From Octopus vulgaris (Eukaryota): a DNA stretch of 64,000 nucleotides. How positions within the stretch are numbered: position 1 is the stretch's first letter; every line of letters starts with the position of its first letter. The stretch is from positions 7,812,001 through 7,876,000 of the forward strand of contig OX597814.1 of NCBI GenBank assembly GCA_951406725.2. Reading direction: 5' to 3'. Below are positions 45,606 to 59,389 of the stretch, in pieces. The notes under the pieces were generated by a model. It did not search any database. It saw only the letters and a list, made by a program, of their open reading frames with translations, and was not told where the DNA came from. The translations under genes were made by a program, and so were the position numbers.

Positions 45606-48600
45606 ATGGAAGAGTTACTGAAAGTAGTCGTAAAAACACAAGAGCAGCAACAACAACAGCAGAAGCAACTACAGAAGTAAACAGAATTGTTATTGCAGTC
45701 GAAAAATACGACAAAATCATTTTCAGTAGATGGTGTTGCAAATTCCATTGAAGAATTTCACAACAATCCAGATGAAGGAACTACTTTTGCTGCATATTAC
45801 AAACGATACGAAGACATATTCCGAGAGGAATGCAAGGGATGGCCCAGTGAACGGAAGTTAAGGCTCCTTTTGCGAAAGCTTGCTACTCCGGAACACGAAA
45901 GTTTTTGTAACTTTATTTTGTCGAGAAAGCCCACGGAACTGTGTTTTGATGAAACGATAAATATTTTGACTAATATTTTTAGTGTGAAAAGTTCACAGTT
46001 TAACATTCGATGAGAATGTTTAAATTTAAAGAAAAACGAGTCCGAAGATTTTGTAATATATGCCGGTATGGTTAATAAGGCTTGCGAAAGGTTTTAGCTG
46101 GAAGAATTAACGCCAGATTTGTTCAAGAGCCTAATATTCGTTAAAGGGCTTGTGGCAACAGAAATTAGAAAAAGAATATTACGAAAGTTGAATCAAGATG
46201 TGAAACTCACTTTACAGAATGTGGCTGAGGAATGCCAACAAATAATAAACCTTCGAGATGATACAAGGAAGATAGAAGGAAGGAATTACAACCGAGTTTC
46301 ATGGTCTGCTACCCCAACAGCTCCTTTATAGGATACAGTTAGCTCAAGACATCATCAGCAGGAACCACGTCCGGTTTCGGCCCCTACTCCTCTACCGTTT
46401 TGACATGGCAGGGCCCCCCCTTTCGGAGGTGTCTTCAGCTCTGGTGTTGGGTGCATGTCTTCTTTCTTCTGTTCCCTGGCCTCTTCGATGTAGCGTCAAC
46501 GAGTGTCAGCCGGTGACTGATTGACTTGTCAAATGTTTCCCTTTAAATACCTGCTGCTAGGCTCCAGCAGGCAGCCCCAGCAAGTTGTCACGTGACACTG
46601 TCTCACCTTAACTGACTAGTGAAGGCGCTTAGTTTTAGCCCGCGCTTTTTCTAAACGACCGTCACCTGTCAGCCCCAGCAAGTTGTCATGTGATACTGTC
46701 TCACCTTAACTGACTAGTGAAGGCGTGTAGTTTCAGGCCGCGCTTTTTCTAAATGACCGTCACCTGTCAATCAGCGAAGCTAATTCAGTGTCAGCCTGTC
46801 TCACCTAGTGATGTTATTTCCCGCCGGTATGTTATGACTTTCAAGCCATTTTCGGTCTTCCCGCTTCAGCCATATATAGAAGCTGGCTTTTTCGACCGCC
46901 TCCTGTACTCTCCTTATTAGTTTTCGCAGCTCGGAGCTAGAAAAAACAAATCTTCTTTTGAAAAGCGTTGTCATTTTCCTTTCAATGAAGCCCCTAGCCC
47001 CCACTGCCAGGTGGTAATACTCGACAGTCCATCCCTGTTCTCTGCATTCTTCGATTAGCTTTTCGTACCTCTTCTCCTTTCGTTCCTCTGCATTGCCGAT
47101 GTTCTCTTCCGAAGGTACTGTCAGTTCTAGTAAAATTCCCATTCTCCGGTCTCTGTTCCATAGAACTAAATCCGGTCTTTTTGTTGTTTTTATTAGTGAA
47201 AATAATAATGTACAAATGTGTAAAGAAAGTACAGAAAGAAGGAAAAATTTTAATTCAAAACAGTGCTACAGTTGCGGAGATCAACATTTGAGGAAAGATT
47301 GCCCCTTTAAAGATAAAACCTGTTTTAAGTGTGGTAAAATTGGACATATACAGACGAAATGCCGGTCAAAGAAAATGGTAAAACAGAAGAAAGTCTACTC
47401 AAGAAAAGTAAATTATACCAGACAAAACCGAAAATTTGTGTTGGTAGAAATAAATGGGTTTCAGACCAAAATGCAATTAGATACCGGTTCAGACGTATCG
47501 ATAATAAATACGGCAACATGTAGTAAGATAGGCAGGCTGTTGTATAAAAATACTACTAGGATAGCCCACGGTGTGTCAGGAACGATTTCAATTCTTTGGT
47601 GAAATTTCACCAGAAATAAAACTTAAAAACAGGACGCGGAAATGTAAACTAATGGTATCTAAGAATACAATGCATCTGTTTGGGACAGATTTAATGGAAG
47701 GATTCGACCTGTAGGATCTATCACTGAATACTTTATGTAACAAGGTGAAGGCGTCACTGTCCGTGTCAGAGAAAGCATCGGAAAAAACGAAATTAAAATT
47801 GAAAAAGATGTACCCTGATATTTTTTTCGAAAGAGCTCAGTATGTGTAAAAAATTAAAGTAAAATTTGAGTTGAAAGAAAATGCGGTGCCGGTGTTCAAA
47901 TCGAAAAGGAATGAACCTATTGCGGCGTTAAATCAAGTTGAGAAGGAATTAAAAAGATTGGAAGACATGGAAATGATTGAAAAAGTAGACTACTCTGAGT
48001 GGGCGGCTGTTACGGTATATATAAAAAAGAAGAACAACGAGGTAAGAGTATGTGCGGACTTCTCAATGATTGTTTAATGATTGTTTAAAAAATTACAATT
48101 ATCCGCTTCCAAACCCAGAAGAAATATTTGCTAAGTGCAATGGTGGGAAAATTTTTTACCAAGCTGGATTTGTCAGAGGCCTACCTCCAATTACAGGTAG
48201 ATGAAGAATGTGCTAAAGTATTAACAATCAATATTCACAGAGGTCTGTACCGTTTCAAAAGACTGCCATTTGGGGTTAAGGTCGCACCAGCAATATTTCA
48301 GCAAGTGATGGATACTATGCTAGCAGATTGTGAGTTTGCGGCCCCATACTTGGATGACATAGTGATCAAAAGTGAATTGAAGGACCAACATATAGAAGAG
48401 GTTTTCAAACGAATATGTGATTACGGGTTCAAAGTAAGGGAGGATAAATGGGAATTTTTCTTGATAAAAATAAAGTACTTAGGACAGGTGATCGATGAAA
48501 ACGGACGAAAACCAGACCCTTCTAGGATCAACGCGAAAAAAAGAACTGCCTGCTCCCACTAACAAAACAACACTACAAGCATTTTTAGGTTTGGTAAGTT

Positions 48601-50490
48601 ATTACCAGTTGTACATCCCTAAAATGTATGAGCTAAGAGCTCCGCTGAATAAGTTGCTAAAGAAGGACTCGAAATGGAGCTGGACAAACGAATGTCAGAA
48701 ATCATTCGAGGAATTAAAAAAGCGGTTAACATCAGAGTTGTCATTAACTCATTTCGACCCAAATCTAAAAATAATTGTGGCATCGGATGCCAGTGAATAT
48801 GGTAAGCTGTGATATTGCATAAATTTAAAGATGATAAAATCAAAGCTATTGCACATGCATCGAGAGTTCTATTAGCAGCGGAAAGAAACCACAGCCAGAT
48901 TGAAAAAGAGGCCTTATCATTAATCCTTGCAGTAAAAAAAATTCCATAAATTCTTACATGGGAGGAAGTTTACACTGCAGACAGATCACCGACTGTTATT
49001 GTCTATTTTGGGTTTGAAAAAGGGTATCCCAATGCACTCAGCAAACCGCTTATAACACTCGGGGTCTACGATTTCCAGATGGAGTTTTTTCCATCAGTGA
49101 AAATGGGACACGCAGATGGGTTGTCCAGGCTAATTCCAAAATATGAGGAACCTCTTGAAGACACGGTGATTGCCTCGTAAAAACTAGAAATGAACCCGAA
49201 GAACATTTTGTGCAATGTAGTACGTGATTTGCCAGTAACGCTGGAAGAAATTAAATTGAAATCGGGAAATGATAAGTTCGTAAATAAGATTTTAAAAACG
49301 TTGAGTAACACGAAAAATATAAATGAGTGGGACGCAGGTTCAAAGCACTATTCAGTATGTGACGAGGTATTATTATATGCACAAAGAGTGGTTAACACCT
49401 GAAGCACTGCAAAACAGAGTATTAAAAGACTTTCATGTAGGACATGCGGGGACTGTCCGGATGAAGAGCCTTATGAGAAGTTTCATTTATTGGCCAAATA
49501 TGGACAAGCAAATTGAGAGACTGGTAAAACAGTGTAGGGGATGCGCTATGACAGCAAAGGCTCCCCCAGTACAGATTCAGCCGTGGCCAAAAACGGATTC
49601 GGCATGGTCTAGACTACATGTGGATTTCGCAGGACCAATAAATGTCTCTCATTATATCATTGTGGTGAATAGTTATTCCAAATGGCCTGAAGTGTGTAAA
49701 TGTTCAAGGCCAACCACAAGTGTGACTACAGACTTCTTGGAAGAACTGTTCGCTCGTTGTGGAGTGCCAGATCTGATCGTGTCAGATAATGGTACGCAAT
49801 TCACGGCGAAGGAGTTCGAAATATTCTGTAAGTCGGTTCGGATGAAGGATGTGTTAACTCCGCCATACCATCCAAGGTCAAATGGGTTAACGGAAAGATT
49901 CGTTGACACATTCAAGGGAGCCTTAAGGAAGACCCGACGGGAAAACATTGAAGATACAAATATGACAAAGCTTTTGCAGGTGTATAGAATAACACAGAAT
50001 CCAAATGCAGAGTCGGGTAGGTCACCCACTGATTTGATGTTTTCCAGAAAAATTTGTTCTATTTTTGACAAATGGTTGCCAAGCAGGAAACAGAGAATAG
50101 AAAATTTGGGAAGAAAAACGAATTTTTTTAACACAGGTGACAAAGTGTATTTTAAAATATATAGTAACGGAAAACAGGACTGGGAACAAGGAAGTATAAC
50201 TGGACGTCTGGGTAACGTGATGTACATGGTAAAAGGACCAAAATATGAACATAGAAGGCATTTAAACAAATTAAATAACAAGATATACCAAAAACCAAGA
50301 GAGGCAAGAAGAACCAATGGATTTATGGTATGATTTGTTCCAGGTCCTAGAACCACAAGCAAAAGTGTTTGAGGTCCCAGAACCACAAGCAGAACTGACA
50401 TGTAGGTCGAACAGGAAGAGAAAACCTACAGGAATGATGGAAATTAACGCTAAGAGAAAAAGATATGCCAGATTATCACCGAGGAAATGA
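45606..50490 (+). pseudogene. gag-pol: two CCHC knuckles, protease, RT, RNase H, integrase
   Basis: CYSCGDQHLRKDC and CFKCGKIGHIQTKC; LDTGSD; LDLSEAY, LPFG, YLDD; SDAS; H-H/C-C zinc finger; SDNGTQF, PYHPRSNGLTER. Multiple stops and frameshifts. Confidence 0.92.
46290..47197 (-). mobile_element. HERO-like RLE non-LTR element 3' fragment inserted in gag
   Basis: RPDLVLW...LLELTVPSEE...ERKEKRYEKLIEECREQGW...VGARGF. The UTR has a 98-bp tandem duplication (46572-46769). Limits are approximate. Confidence 0.8.
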
Positions 50491-51961
50491 AATTGATAAA
50501 TTCGGGTTTCAAAAACTCAAAAGGGGGAGATGTTGTGTGGACGCCCCCAGACGATTAAGTAAGCTAGCCCAATACGTAGGTATAGAGGTCAGAGTTGAGT
50601 TGAGTGGAGTTGAGTAGAAGTCATCCGAGCGTGCAGCATAACAATTATATATTTTTGCTAATTTCTGGTGAGGAGGCTTTGTTTTTGTGCTGCAATTAAA
50701 AATCCTTCAGTCTCTGCTTTGAGTTCTGAGCTTCTCAACCATTGCTGAGCTTTTTCTGTCTATTTCTTTTGCATTTAGTTTAGTCCAGTATTTGCCATGA
50801 ACGGGCTTTTCTCACCATAGTTTTATCATGGTCCATTGCTGTTCTAGTTTTAGTTTGGTTTTCAATTGTTTTATAGCTTTTGTTGTTTCTTCTTCTTCTT
50901 CATAGTTCTCAGGTACTATGACTTCTTGTTTGTATTTGTCAGCTTCCTTAAAGACTGAAAACTGTTTTTTTGTTTTGCTCGTATTTTGTGGCTATTTGTA
51001 TTAGTTTTCTTTGCTTCTGAAGTAGGTATTTTTGCAGTCCTATGGTGGTTATTTTATAATAGTTTTCCAGCTGTATAAGGCCTCTAACACCTTCTATACG
51101 TCGTATATATAGCCTTTCTATGTCAGATTTTGGGTGATGCATCCTAGATCCTGTCATTATTTTTCTTGTTTTCCTATCTACTTTGGTCAGTTCATTTAGT
51201 GTCCAGTTAAGGATATTGTAGCTGTAACTTATAACTGGGACGGCTAAAGTGTTAATACCTGTTATCTTGTTTTTAGCATTGAGCTCTGTTTTTAGTATTG
51301 ATCTAACTCATCTATAGTATTCTTTCTTTATCTTCTCTTTCATTTGTGTGTGTTGTGTCTTATCTAGTTCATGGATTCCTAAGTATTTGTAAGTTTGGCT
51401 TTGGTCTAATTCTTTTATTTCATTGGTTTTATCTAGTGTGATGTTGCTACTCTTAATTAGTTTTCCTCTTTTCAGGGTTACTTTGGCGCATTTTTCTAAT
51501 CAAAATTTCATATCTATTTCTTTGGTGAATCCATGAACTGTCTTTAGTAGTGTTTCCAGCTGTTTGTCATTTGTAGCGTATAGTTTTAGGTCATCCACAT
51601 ATAAAAGGTGGCTGATTGTTTTGCTGTAACACTTGTATCTGCATCCAGTTCTCTTTAGCATATCAGATAGAGGTGACAGTGCCAAGCAGAAAAGGAGTGC
51701 AGAGAGAGTGTCTCCCTGGAATATTCCTCTTCTAATGGGGATGGCTTTGGTTTTCACAAGTCCCTCTTTTGTTTGGAGCTGTAGCACTGTCTGCTATTTA
51801 TTCATAGAGTGTCTTATGTATTTTATAATTGTTCATGGCTAGTGTTTCGACGATCCATGTGTGGAGAATACTATAAAAAGTCTTTTGGTAGTCGATCCAG
51901 GCCATACTGAGGCCTTTCTTCTTTCTGCTGCTGTCTTCTTTTTCTTCTTATTATTATTATA

Positions 51962-52126
51962 GACGCAGGTGTAGCTTTGTCATAAGTAGCTTGCTTACCA
52001 ACCACATGATTCCGGGTTCAGTCCCACTGTGTGGCACCTTGGGCAAGTGTCTTCTACTATAGCCCCAGGCCAACCAAAGCCTTGTGAGTGGTTTTGGTAG
52101 ATGGAAACTGAAAGAAGCCCGTCGTG
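51962..52126 (+). mobile_element. CORE-type tRNA SINE, 5' part
   Basis: GGTTCAGTCCC; GGCACCTTGGGCAAGTGTCTT. Confidence 0.85.
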
Positions 52127-52128
52127 TG

Positions 52129-52164
<36 letters not shown>

Positions 52165-52165
<1 letters not shown>

Positions 52166-55100
52166 TGGGAAATGATCCTGAGAGTGAAGTACAAAAATGC
52201 TTTGGGTGTGTTTGGGAACAAAAGACCCACGTCATGAGAGGAAAAAGTTTGGAACTTTTGAGGTGAGATTTTTAAGACAGAAGAAGTCTACCCTTGGTTG
52301 CTGCAGAAAAGCAAGTTTCTCCTTAAATGCTCTTCCTCCTCCCAAACCAACATCAACTGCAATGACATGGAGAAAGAAGAGCTGAACGATCTACGGATCA
52401 CTGTGACAAAAGGGGGTAGGCAAAACAGGAGGAGAGTACATAGCCCTTCTCTGAGAAATCAACAAAAACTTATTCTGAAACAACAATTGCAACACAATTC
52501 ACAACCACTCCAACATAAAGAACAAACAGCAACAACATGAAATCACAGAAACAACCAATTACAGAACTTCAAAAAAAATATTCATCAGACTAGATGAAAT
52601 GACTCCACCAATTTCACCGTTATGAACAAGTGTATGAATTGATGAATTTTGTTGGTCAAAACAAAAACAAAATAGTTATGGAGACAAAGAAATTTGAGAA
52701 TTTCACCCTCAGAACCCCCAAGGACATTAAAATTTAATTGAAACATCATCAGACATTTATAAAACTATAATAGAAAAATTCCCAGGAAGTGTGGGAATTT
52801 TTAAAAATCTGTTGATAAAAGGCTGTTGGAAAAGCCTTTTAAAATATTTTTGGCAGTAGAGAGGCCCAGAACTTCTGGGCTTCTTGCAAGTCAAGGTGAG
52901 TAAGCTCCTCACCTTCTTTCTCTGATTAGCATGGCCATGATGAGAAAGGGGGATGAGAAAGAGGTGCATGGCCTAGGATCAGTTTGGAAAGCAAGGTGAT
53001 TTGATCTCAATGATCTCAGGTCACTTGATTTGGATGTGGCTGCCATTAGTGAAACAAGGATCTCCGGAAAACACACTCAAGCATCCATTTCCAAGGAGTA
53101 TGAGGTATTTTTGTCTTCTGGTCTATCAGGAGTGGGTGGCGGTGTAGCAGTGCTTCTCAAGAAATCCTTAGATCTCCATGTATGAGCTACCTTCCTGGTC
53201 CTGGATTGTAGGATGTTGGTCCTGGATGTGAATGGCAGCGAATGTAGTGCCTTTAGACTGTTGGTGGTTTATTTCCCAACAGGGGCTGGAAGATCAGATT
53301 TCTTCAGGCATCTAGAAACATTCTTGGGAACATCTCACACTTTAGTACTAGTGGGGGACCGGAATAGTATTTTGGATGCACGCAAGGACTGTGTGTGAGT
53401 TTAGTACATAGTAGAAGAGGGTACAAAATCCTTGAAAGCCTGCTCAGCACTTGCCAGCTTTCTGACAGGTATCGACTGGATTTCCCTGATGTGCCAGTAT
53501 GGACATGGAGCAAACCACAGCGGGACCATTCCAGATTGTATTTAGATAGAGTATTTGTTAGGTGAGAGGGTAGGGATAGCATAGGTTGTCCACATTTTAA
53601 ATTGGTCAGCTACAAGGATCACAAACTTGTGATATGCTCAGTCGACTTAGATGGGACACAGTTACTGGAAGTTGAATGCTTCATTACCAGTTTACAAAGT
53701 CTAGAGGGACCAGACTTCAGGGACCAGATTAGCGGCAGTTGACAGGGGCTATCATCAACTGGTGGTGGATCACACTGAAGAGATCGATTAGAGTAGAATC
53801 GATATCATCTAGCAAAGATTTAGCAATAAAAAGAAATAGATTAGAGGGAGAACTAATTAGGAAACTAGAAGAAGCTATTTGTAAAGGAATCACAACTGGT
53901 GTGTTAGCAGCAAGAATGGCCCTTGACCAGTTCTTTGAGCGAAAACATGAAGGGTGCATTGTCAGAGCTGAGGCCCATACACTAAAACACGAAGGAACTA
54001 AAGCTGTTCCATGGGCCCGAACTGTGGAGATGCAATGTGGAAGCAAAACCACAATCGAGTCTTTGATGGATGAGGAGAATGCAGGCTACTTGATTGTGAG
54101 TAGATGTGTGTGGCTTTCCAGCAGCACTTTGCATGGCTGTTTGGGAAGTATGATGGGTCGACGACAGTTGCGAACTTTATTTTGTACTTGGATGGCCTAC
54201 CACAGCTCTTGGTGACAAATGCAAGATTCTGCAAAAAACTGATTACAGCCTCTGAAATACAGGAAGTGGTGAGCTATTGCACAGTTGCAAATCATGTGGT
54301 TTGGATGGTTTGCACCACAAATTCTATGTTTACATGCAAGATTTATTTGGAAGCCTCTTGCCAGATGTCTACAATAACTGGCAGCCGAACGGAAGAATTC
54401 CTAGTGTCCTTAGCCAGGGTGTGGTAATACTACTGGGAAAGGGTGCGACAATGGGGACATACTAGGGAATTTTAGGCCATAACTCTGCTAAACACAGAGT
54501 TTAAAATTTTGGCCAAGTTGTTTGTGAAAAAGTTGGCACTTGTCATTGTTAGTCTCATCGGGGAGGCACAAATGTACACAATCTTGAGTAGGTCTATCCA
54601 TGACAATCTCCACCTTATGCAATACATCATAGAGAGGGCCTGGAATTAAAGCTAGTTCCTGTAGGTACCTGATCAGTTTAGATCAGTCAAAAGCTTTCAA
54701 TAGAGTAGACCATTACAACTTGGAAGCCGTCCTTAAAACGGCCAGTTTCGGACCCGTTTTCAGATACTGGATTGCTGCAATGCACAGCAGCACCTGCTCG
54801 GTGGTCAAAGTAAATGGTCACCTATCTGAACCATTTAGTATCGCTTGTTTGGTCCATCAGGGCTACCTGCTGTCACCTTTTCTGTATATGCTGCCTCTCG
54901 AACCACTACTGTGGAAGTTGGAACATTTAAGAGGCCTCCCTTTCAAAATTGGACTCAGCGAAGGGTGCATATGCAGGTGATATCATCGTCATAGTGTTGG
55001 ATGCCTCCAAAGTGGAAACAGTCAGCTCCATTGTAAAGGAATGTGAGTTAGTTGCAGGGGCTAAAACCAATGCCAGCAAGTCAGTGGGATCATGGCTGGG

Positions 55101-56590
55101 CACCTGGAGAGACAGATCGATGCTGGACTGATGGACCAGTTAAATTGTTTGGGATCTGGTATGTTACTGAATTCCAGAATTGGGACGAGGTGATGAACAG
55201 GGTAACCTATCTTACCCAAAAATGAGCACAGTGGAAGTTGTCCCTGAAAGGTTGAGCAGAAGTGGCAAATGCTTACATCGCTTCTGTTATTATTTATCGT
55301 CTGACCGCCGTACATTGCCCCAGTTCCTGTTTGATCAGATTGGAACATGTCCTGTTTATTTTCTTGTAGGAGGGATATGTTCCAATGGTCAAGTGGTCAG
55401 TTTGCTGCCAACTCCCTCTGTGTGGTAGCTTAAGCATGCCATGGCTTTTGATGTGCAGACACACACTCAGACTGCACCACCTGCAATGATTTCTAGAAGG
55501 TGAACGTGTGTGGACTCTGTCTTTGAGACATGCCTTTCCATAGCTTGTCTCCTTGATGGAACTGGGTAAAGGATAGGCCGAAACTAGGCTCCTGACACTT
55601 AGAATGTCATCAGTCACACACTGTCCTCTACAAGTCAGGCAGTTGGATAGATTGATGTTCCACTTTAGACATTTACAGAGGATTAGTAGCAGGGAAGTGT
55701 GATGATGTCCTCTGAGGGTACCCTAGGTGTCAGTGAAGATGAACTGGCAAGTCTATTCCAGAGGACTTTCCAGTCGGGGACCATTATGGATAATTTCCAG
55801 ATGTCTTTGGCCTGGCAGTGCTACTAGGTAGGCACAACCAGTTTGAGCCAAACTCTATAGGCATGGAAGTGCTGTCAGACAGTCTTATCTGAGGTGCTTG
55901 CAGAGTGACAAACTTGTTCTGCATGCACTCATTCAGTGTCCGGGCATTGCTGACTTGTGGACTTACGTCGAACAGTTGTGTCGTGTGTAGGACAGATCTG
56001 TCCATAATGATGATTGCCATGCTGCCCTCCTTTAATTGGGCAGGCAAGGTAGCTTTCCTTTGTCTGGTGGCTGTGGTGAAAGAGGTTGTCTGGTGGACAA
56101 GGCTGAAAGGAATGAGGACAGAAACTTTCCTCTTTGGTAAAGCCCTCATAGACTTTCTTCAAGTTTCACTTGAAAAGGAAAATGAGGGTTGAGAGGGAGG
56201 TACTGTCCTCGAATCACTTCATGGAAAGGTGGGTTTGGGTGAAAGTGGCAAGAGTGAATGGTACCACTCTTGGTGTAGACCTGTGAGTTGAAAGAAAGGC
56301 ATTGGTGAGGGCTCTTGTCCTGTGTATTCAGGGTTATCTTGGATCGTGGGGATTCCTTGATTATCCCAAGATGTCCTCTTCTATAAAGGGGATCCCATTA
56401 CCATCACTTTTTTTCTTCCCTCTCTTTTTCTAGTGTCGCATACTATGTATAATTCCCTTCTTTTTCTAATATACACCACGTATACGTTTTCATTTTATCA
56501 TTCCATTATATGTAAACCCCCACATTTTATGTCTGTCTTTGTATTGTCCTCTGCATCCTTCACCCTGGTGGCAAATAAAAGAAATTATTA
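52165..56590 (+). mobile_element. Decayed L1/Tx1-type LINE (ORF1 remnant, APE, RT, C-terminus)
   Basis: KFGTFEVRF; AAISETR, LVGDRNSILD, YLDRV, DHKLV; GLDGL, LDQSKAFNRVDH, QGYLLSPFLY, YAGDI; AATAAA near 56575. Confidence 0.85.
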
Positions 56591-58790
56591 TCATTATTAT
56601 TATTATTTTTCTGTTTGACTTTTGCTTTGCATTTGCACAAGTTGGCTCCAAGTCTCACCCAGAGACCTCAAGAGGGAACAGGTTGGAAGTTCGTATTGTT
56701 GCTATGCCTAGTGTGCCATATATTTGGGGTTTTTTTGGTGTTGTACTAGTGAATGTTTAAGAAACCAAAAGAAAATTGTGTTTGTTTTAAAACTTGAGAT
56801 TACATAGAAAGTATTTTGCGTAGGATATGAGCAGTTTCCATGAGCACTATCTTTGGAATTTCTGCCATTTTGGGGTTTCCTGGTATCTGAGTTAGGTAGC
56901 AATCAGCCCCTTTTGCTATCATTCCCAGGGCACCTATGACAACAGGTATTGTTTTAGTCTTCAGGTTCCACATTTTGCTGATTTCTATTTCAAGATCTTT
57001 ATATTTGCTCAGTTTTTGGTAGGTCTTGACAGATACGTTTATTTCGATTGGGACAGTCATATCAATGAGGAGGCATGTTCTTTGTCTGAAATCTTTCAGT
57101 ATGATGTCTGGCCTATTTGCATCTATCTTTCTGTTAGTTTGAATGGTGAAGTTCCAGAGGAGTGAGATGTGGTCATTTTCAAGCACTGGAGGTGGTTTAT
57201 GTTCCCACCAGTTTTTTTCATGGGGCAAATCCAGGTTTTTGCAAATTACCCAGTGAATATATTGTGCAGTTCTATCATGCCTGTTGAGATACTCTGTAGG
57301 CGCTAGAAGACTGCACTTGGAGACAACATAATCAATGGTTTCATTTTGTTGTTGACATACACGACATGTTGGACTACTGCCGTTCTTTAATATGTTGGTC
57401 TGGTAGTTTCTTGTTGGTAGGCATTGATCTTGAGCTGCTATGATAAACCCTTGTTTCAGATTTTAAGCCACAGGCCATTAGCCATCGATGGGTCAGGGCT
57501 TTGTCAACATCTGCATCATTCACTCTCTTTGGTATTTGCCTTAGAGAAGTTTTTCTTGCCATTTATCATTCGGAATATCTAAGGCCGCAGTTTTAGCACG
57601 GGTTTTCATGCACTTAGCTTTTTCTGTGCTTGTTTCTTGTGTGTCTAATTCTGAAATTTGTTGTATTCGGAATTCACTTAGATATTCTTTTGCCTGTTTT
57701 GTTACTGAGTATGATGCTTTCTTGTTTTCATGTTTTGTGACAAGTTTTAACATCCAGTCCCCAGTGTTTTTCAGGTAGGTGTCTAGGCCAATTGTAGCAA
57801 TCTTCATTGTTATTGCCAGTTGCAAATGACCACGGCCTCCCTCTTTTCTTGGCAGATAAAGTCGTTCTGTATCTGCCTTAGGGTGGTGCATTCTATGCAC
57901 TGTCAACAGTTTTTGTATTTTTCTGTCAAGCTGACATATTTCAGTAATTGACCAGTTAACGATATTGAAACTGTAAGTCACGACTGGTATGGCTAAAGCA
58001 TTGATTGCTTCGATCCTGTTTCTCGCATTCAGCTCTGTCTTGAGTATTGCTCTTACTCTAAGATAACATTCTCTCCTCATCCTTTCCTTCATCACTGAAT
58101 GCCTTATTCCGTCCCCTTCAATTACCCCTAGGTACTTGTAGCTCTCCGCTGGGTCTAACTCTTTTATGATATGCTGAGTTGTTGGTCATTTTTTGCAAAA
58201 AGCTTTAAATCATCCATGTAAATGAGATGATTTATATTTTTATCCAACATTTTATATCCGTACTGTGCGTCATTGAGCAATTTTGAGAGAGGTATTAAGG
58301 CTAAACAAAAGAGGAGTGGTGATAGTGAGTCACCCTGGAAAATGCCACATGAAATTTTTACATCACCAGCATTGAGAGATTCATTGTGACTGTTCAAAGT
58401 TAGTGTGGTTCTCCATGATGTCATACTTACAATCAAAAAGTTTCGCAGAGTAGGAGCTATTTTATACATTTCCAGACATTTCTTAATCAAGCTATGTGGT
58501 AGACTATCAAAAGTCTTTTTATAGTCAATCCAGGCTATTGATAAGTTTTTGTGTCGTTTGTGACAATCTTCTAAGATCATCTTATTGATGAGTAGTTGGT
58601 CTTTACAGCCGTAGGATCCATGTTTACATCCTTTCTGTTCATTAGGGAATATGCTGCTGTCTATTAAAAAACTATAGGTATATTCCGTCAGGACAGATGT
58701 TAGCGTTTTATACATAGTTGTTAAGCAGGTTATGGGTCTATAGTCTTTTGGTTCATTTGTTTCTTCACTTTTTGGGAGCAGGAGTGTTAC
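56590..58790 (-). mobile_element. 5'-truncated R4/Dong-type LINE
   Basis: YRPITCL, EQKGC, AWIDYKKTFDS, GIFQGDSLSP, YMDDLKL, NRPDIILKD...LLIDMTVP...KLSKY; (AAT)n tail. Confidence 0.92.
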
Positions 58791-58821
58791 ACCTATCATT
58801 ATTATTATTATTATTATTATT

Positions 58822-59377
58822 GAGTGAGAGAGTAGTACATACCATCAAAGTGACATGGGTAAAATATACAAAGCCCAGTATACCCATCATGACTACCCGT
58901 CTGATAGGGGTACACCAGGCACATGCATCACAACCATATGTGCGCAACATGATGACCTCATAATAAGATAAACAGCACATGACCTTGCAGGTGGGACCCA
59001 GTTAGAGTTTTCTTCTGGTCGAGTAGACCATCCTGCTCAAAAGGTCCCTGAATAAGGATTGTTTAAGGGTGTTGAACGAACCACCCATATTTCCGAAGGT
59101 GAATTATCCAAACCTCTAAAGATTCCTTTCAACACATGGCTATGATGCTCCCCCACTACTTCTGCCGGTGATCAGAAATGCACATATCGCCAACCACTAA
59201 GGGACATGGTCAACTGGTTAAGGTCAAACATCTGACAAACAAATCTGTGGTATTGAGCAGAATATTTGCTGTAGCCCATCTTTTATACCAAGACAAAACA
59301 ATGTACATGATAACACTTCCAATCAGTTAAGATCAGAAGCCATGAGAGCCGCTGCTTGGTACTGTATCAGGGCATTT
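58822..59377 (-). mobile_element. ~555-bp non-coding retroposon in a (TTA)n tract, copy 2
   Basis: (TTA)n on both sides; homologous to 36904-37450. Confidence 0.78.
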
Positions 59378-59389
59378 ATTATTATTATT

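Larger units (their letters stand above)
45408..50643 (+). mobile_element. Ty3/Gypsy LTR retrotransposon (Mag-like), full length but decayed
   Basis: 113-bp LTRs TGTTG...TAACA (45408-45520, 50531-50643); 5-bp TSD ATTAT; PBS TGGCRACGA; polypurine tract AAAAGGGGGAGA. Confidence 0.95.
44702..51940 (-). mobile_element. R4/Dong-type LINE split by the Gypsy insertion (44702-45407 and 50644-51940)
   Basis: RGIFQGDTLS, HLLYVDDLKL, MHHPKSDIERLY, CRIC...HIISGC, NRPYIVVRD; (AAT)n tail; coding homology is continuous across the LTR element. Confidence 0.9.

Noticed and set aside
49673-50401. 242-aa antisense ORF over the integrase
   Set aside because: Shadow frame of the integrase with no recognisable motifs.
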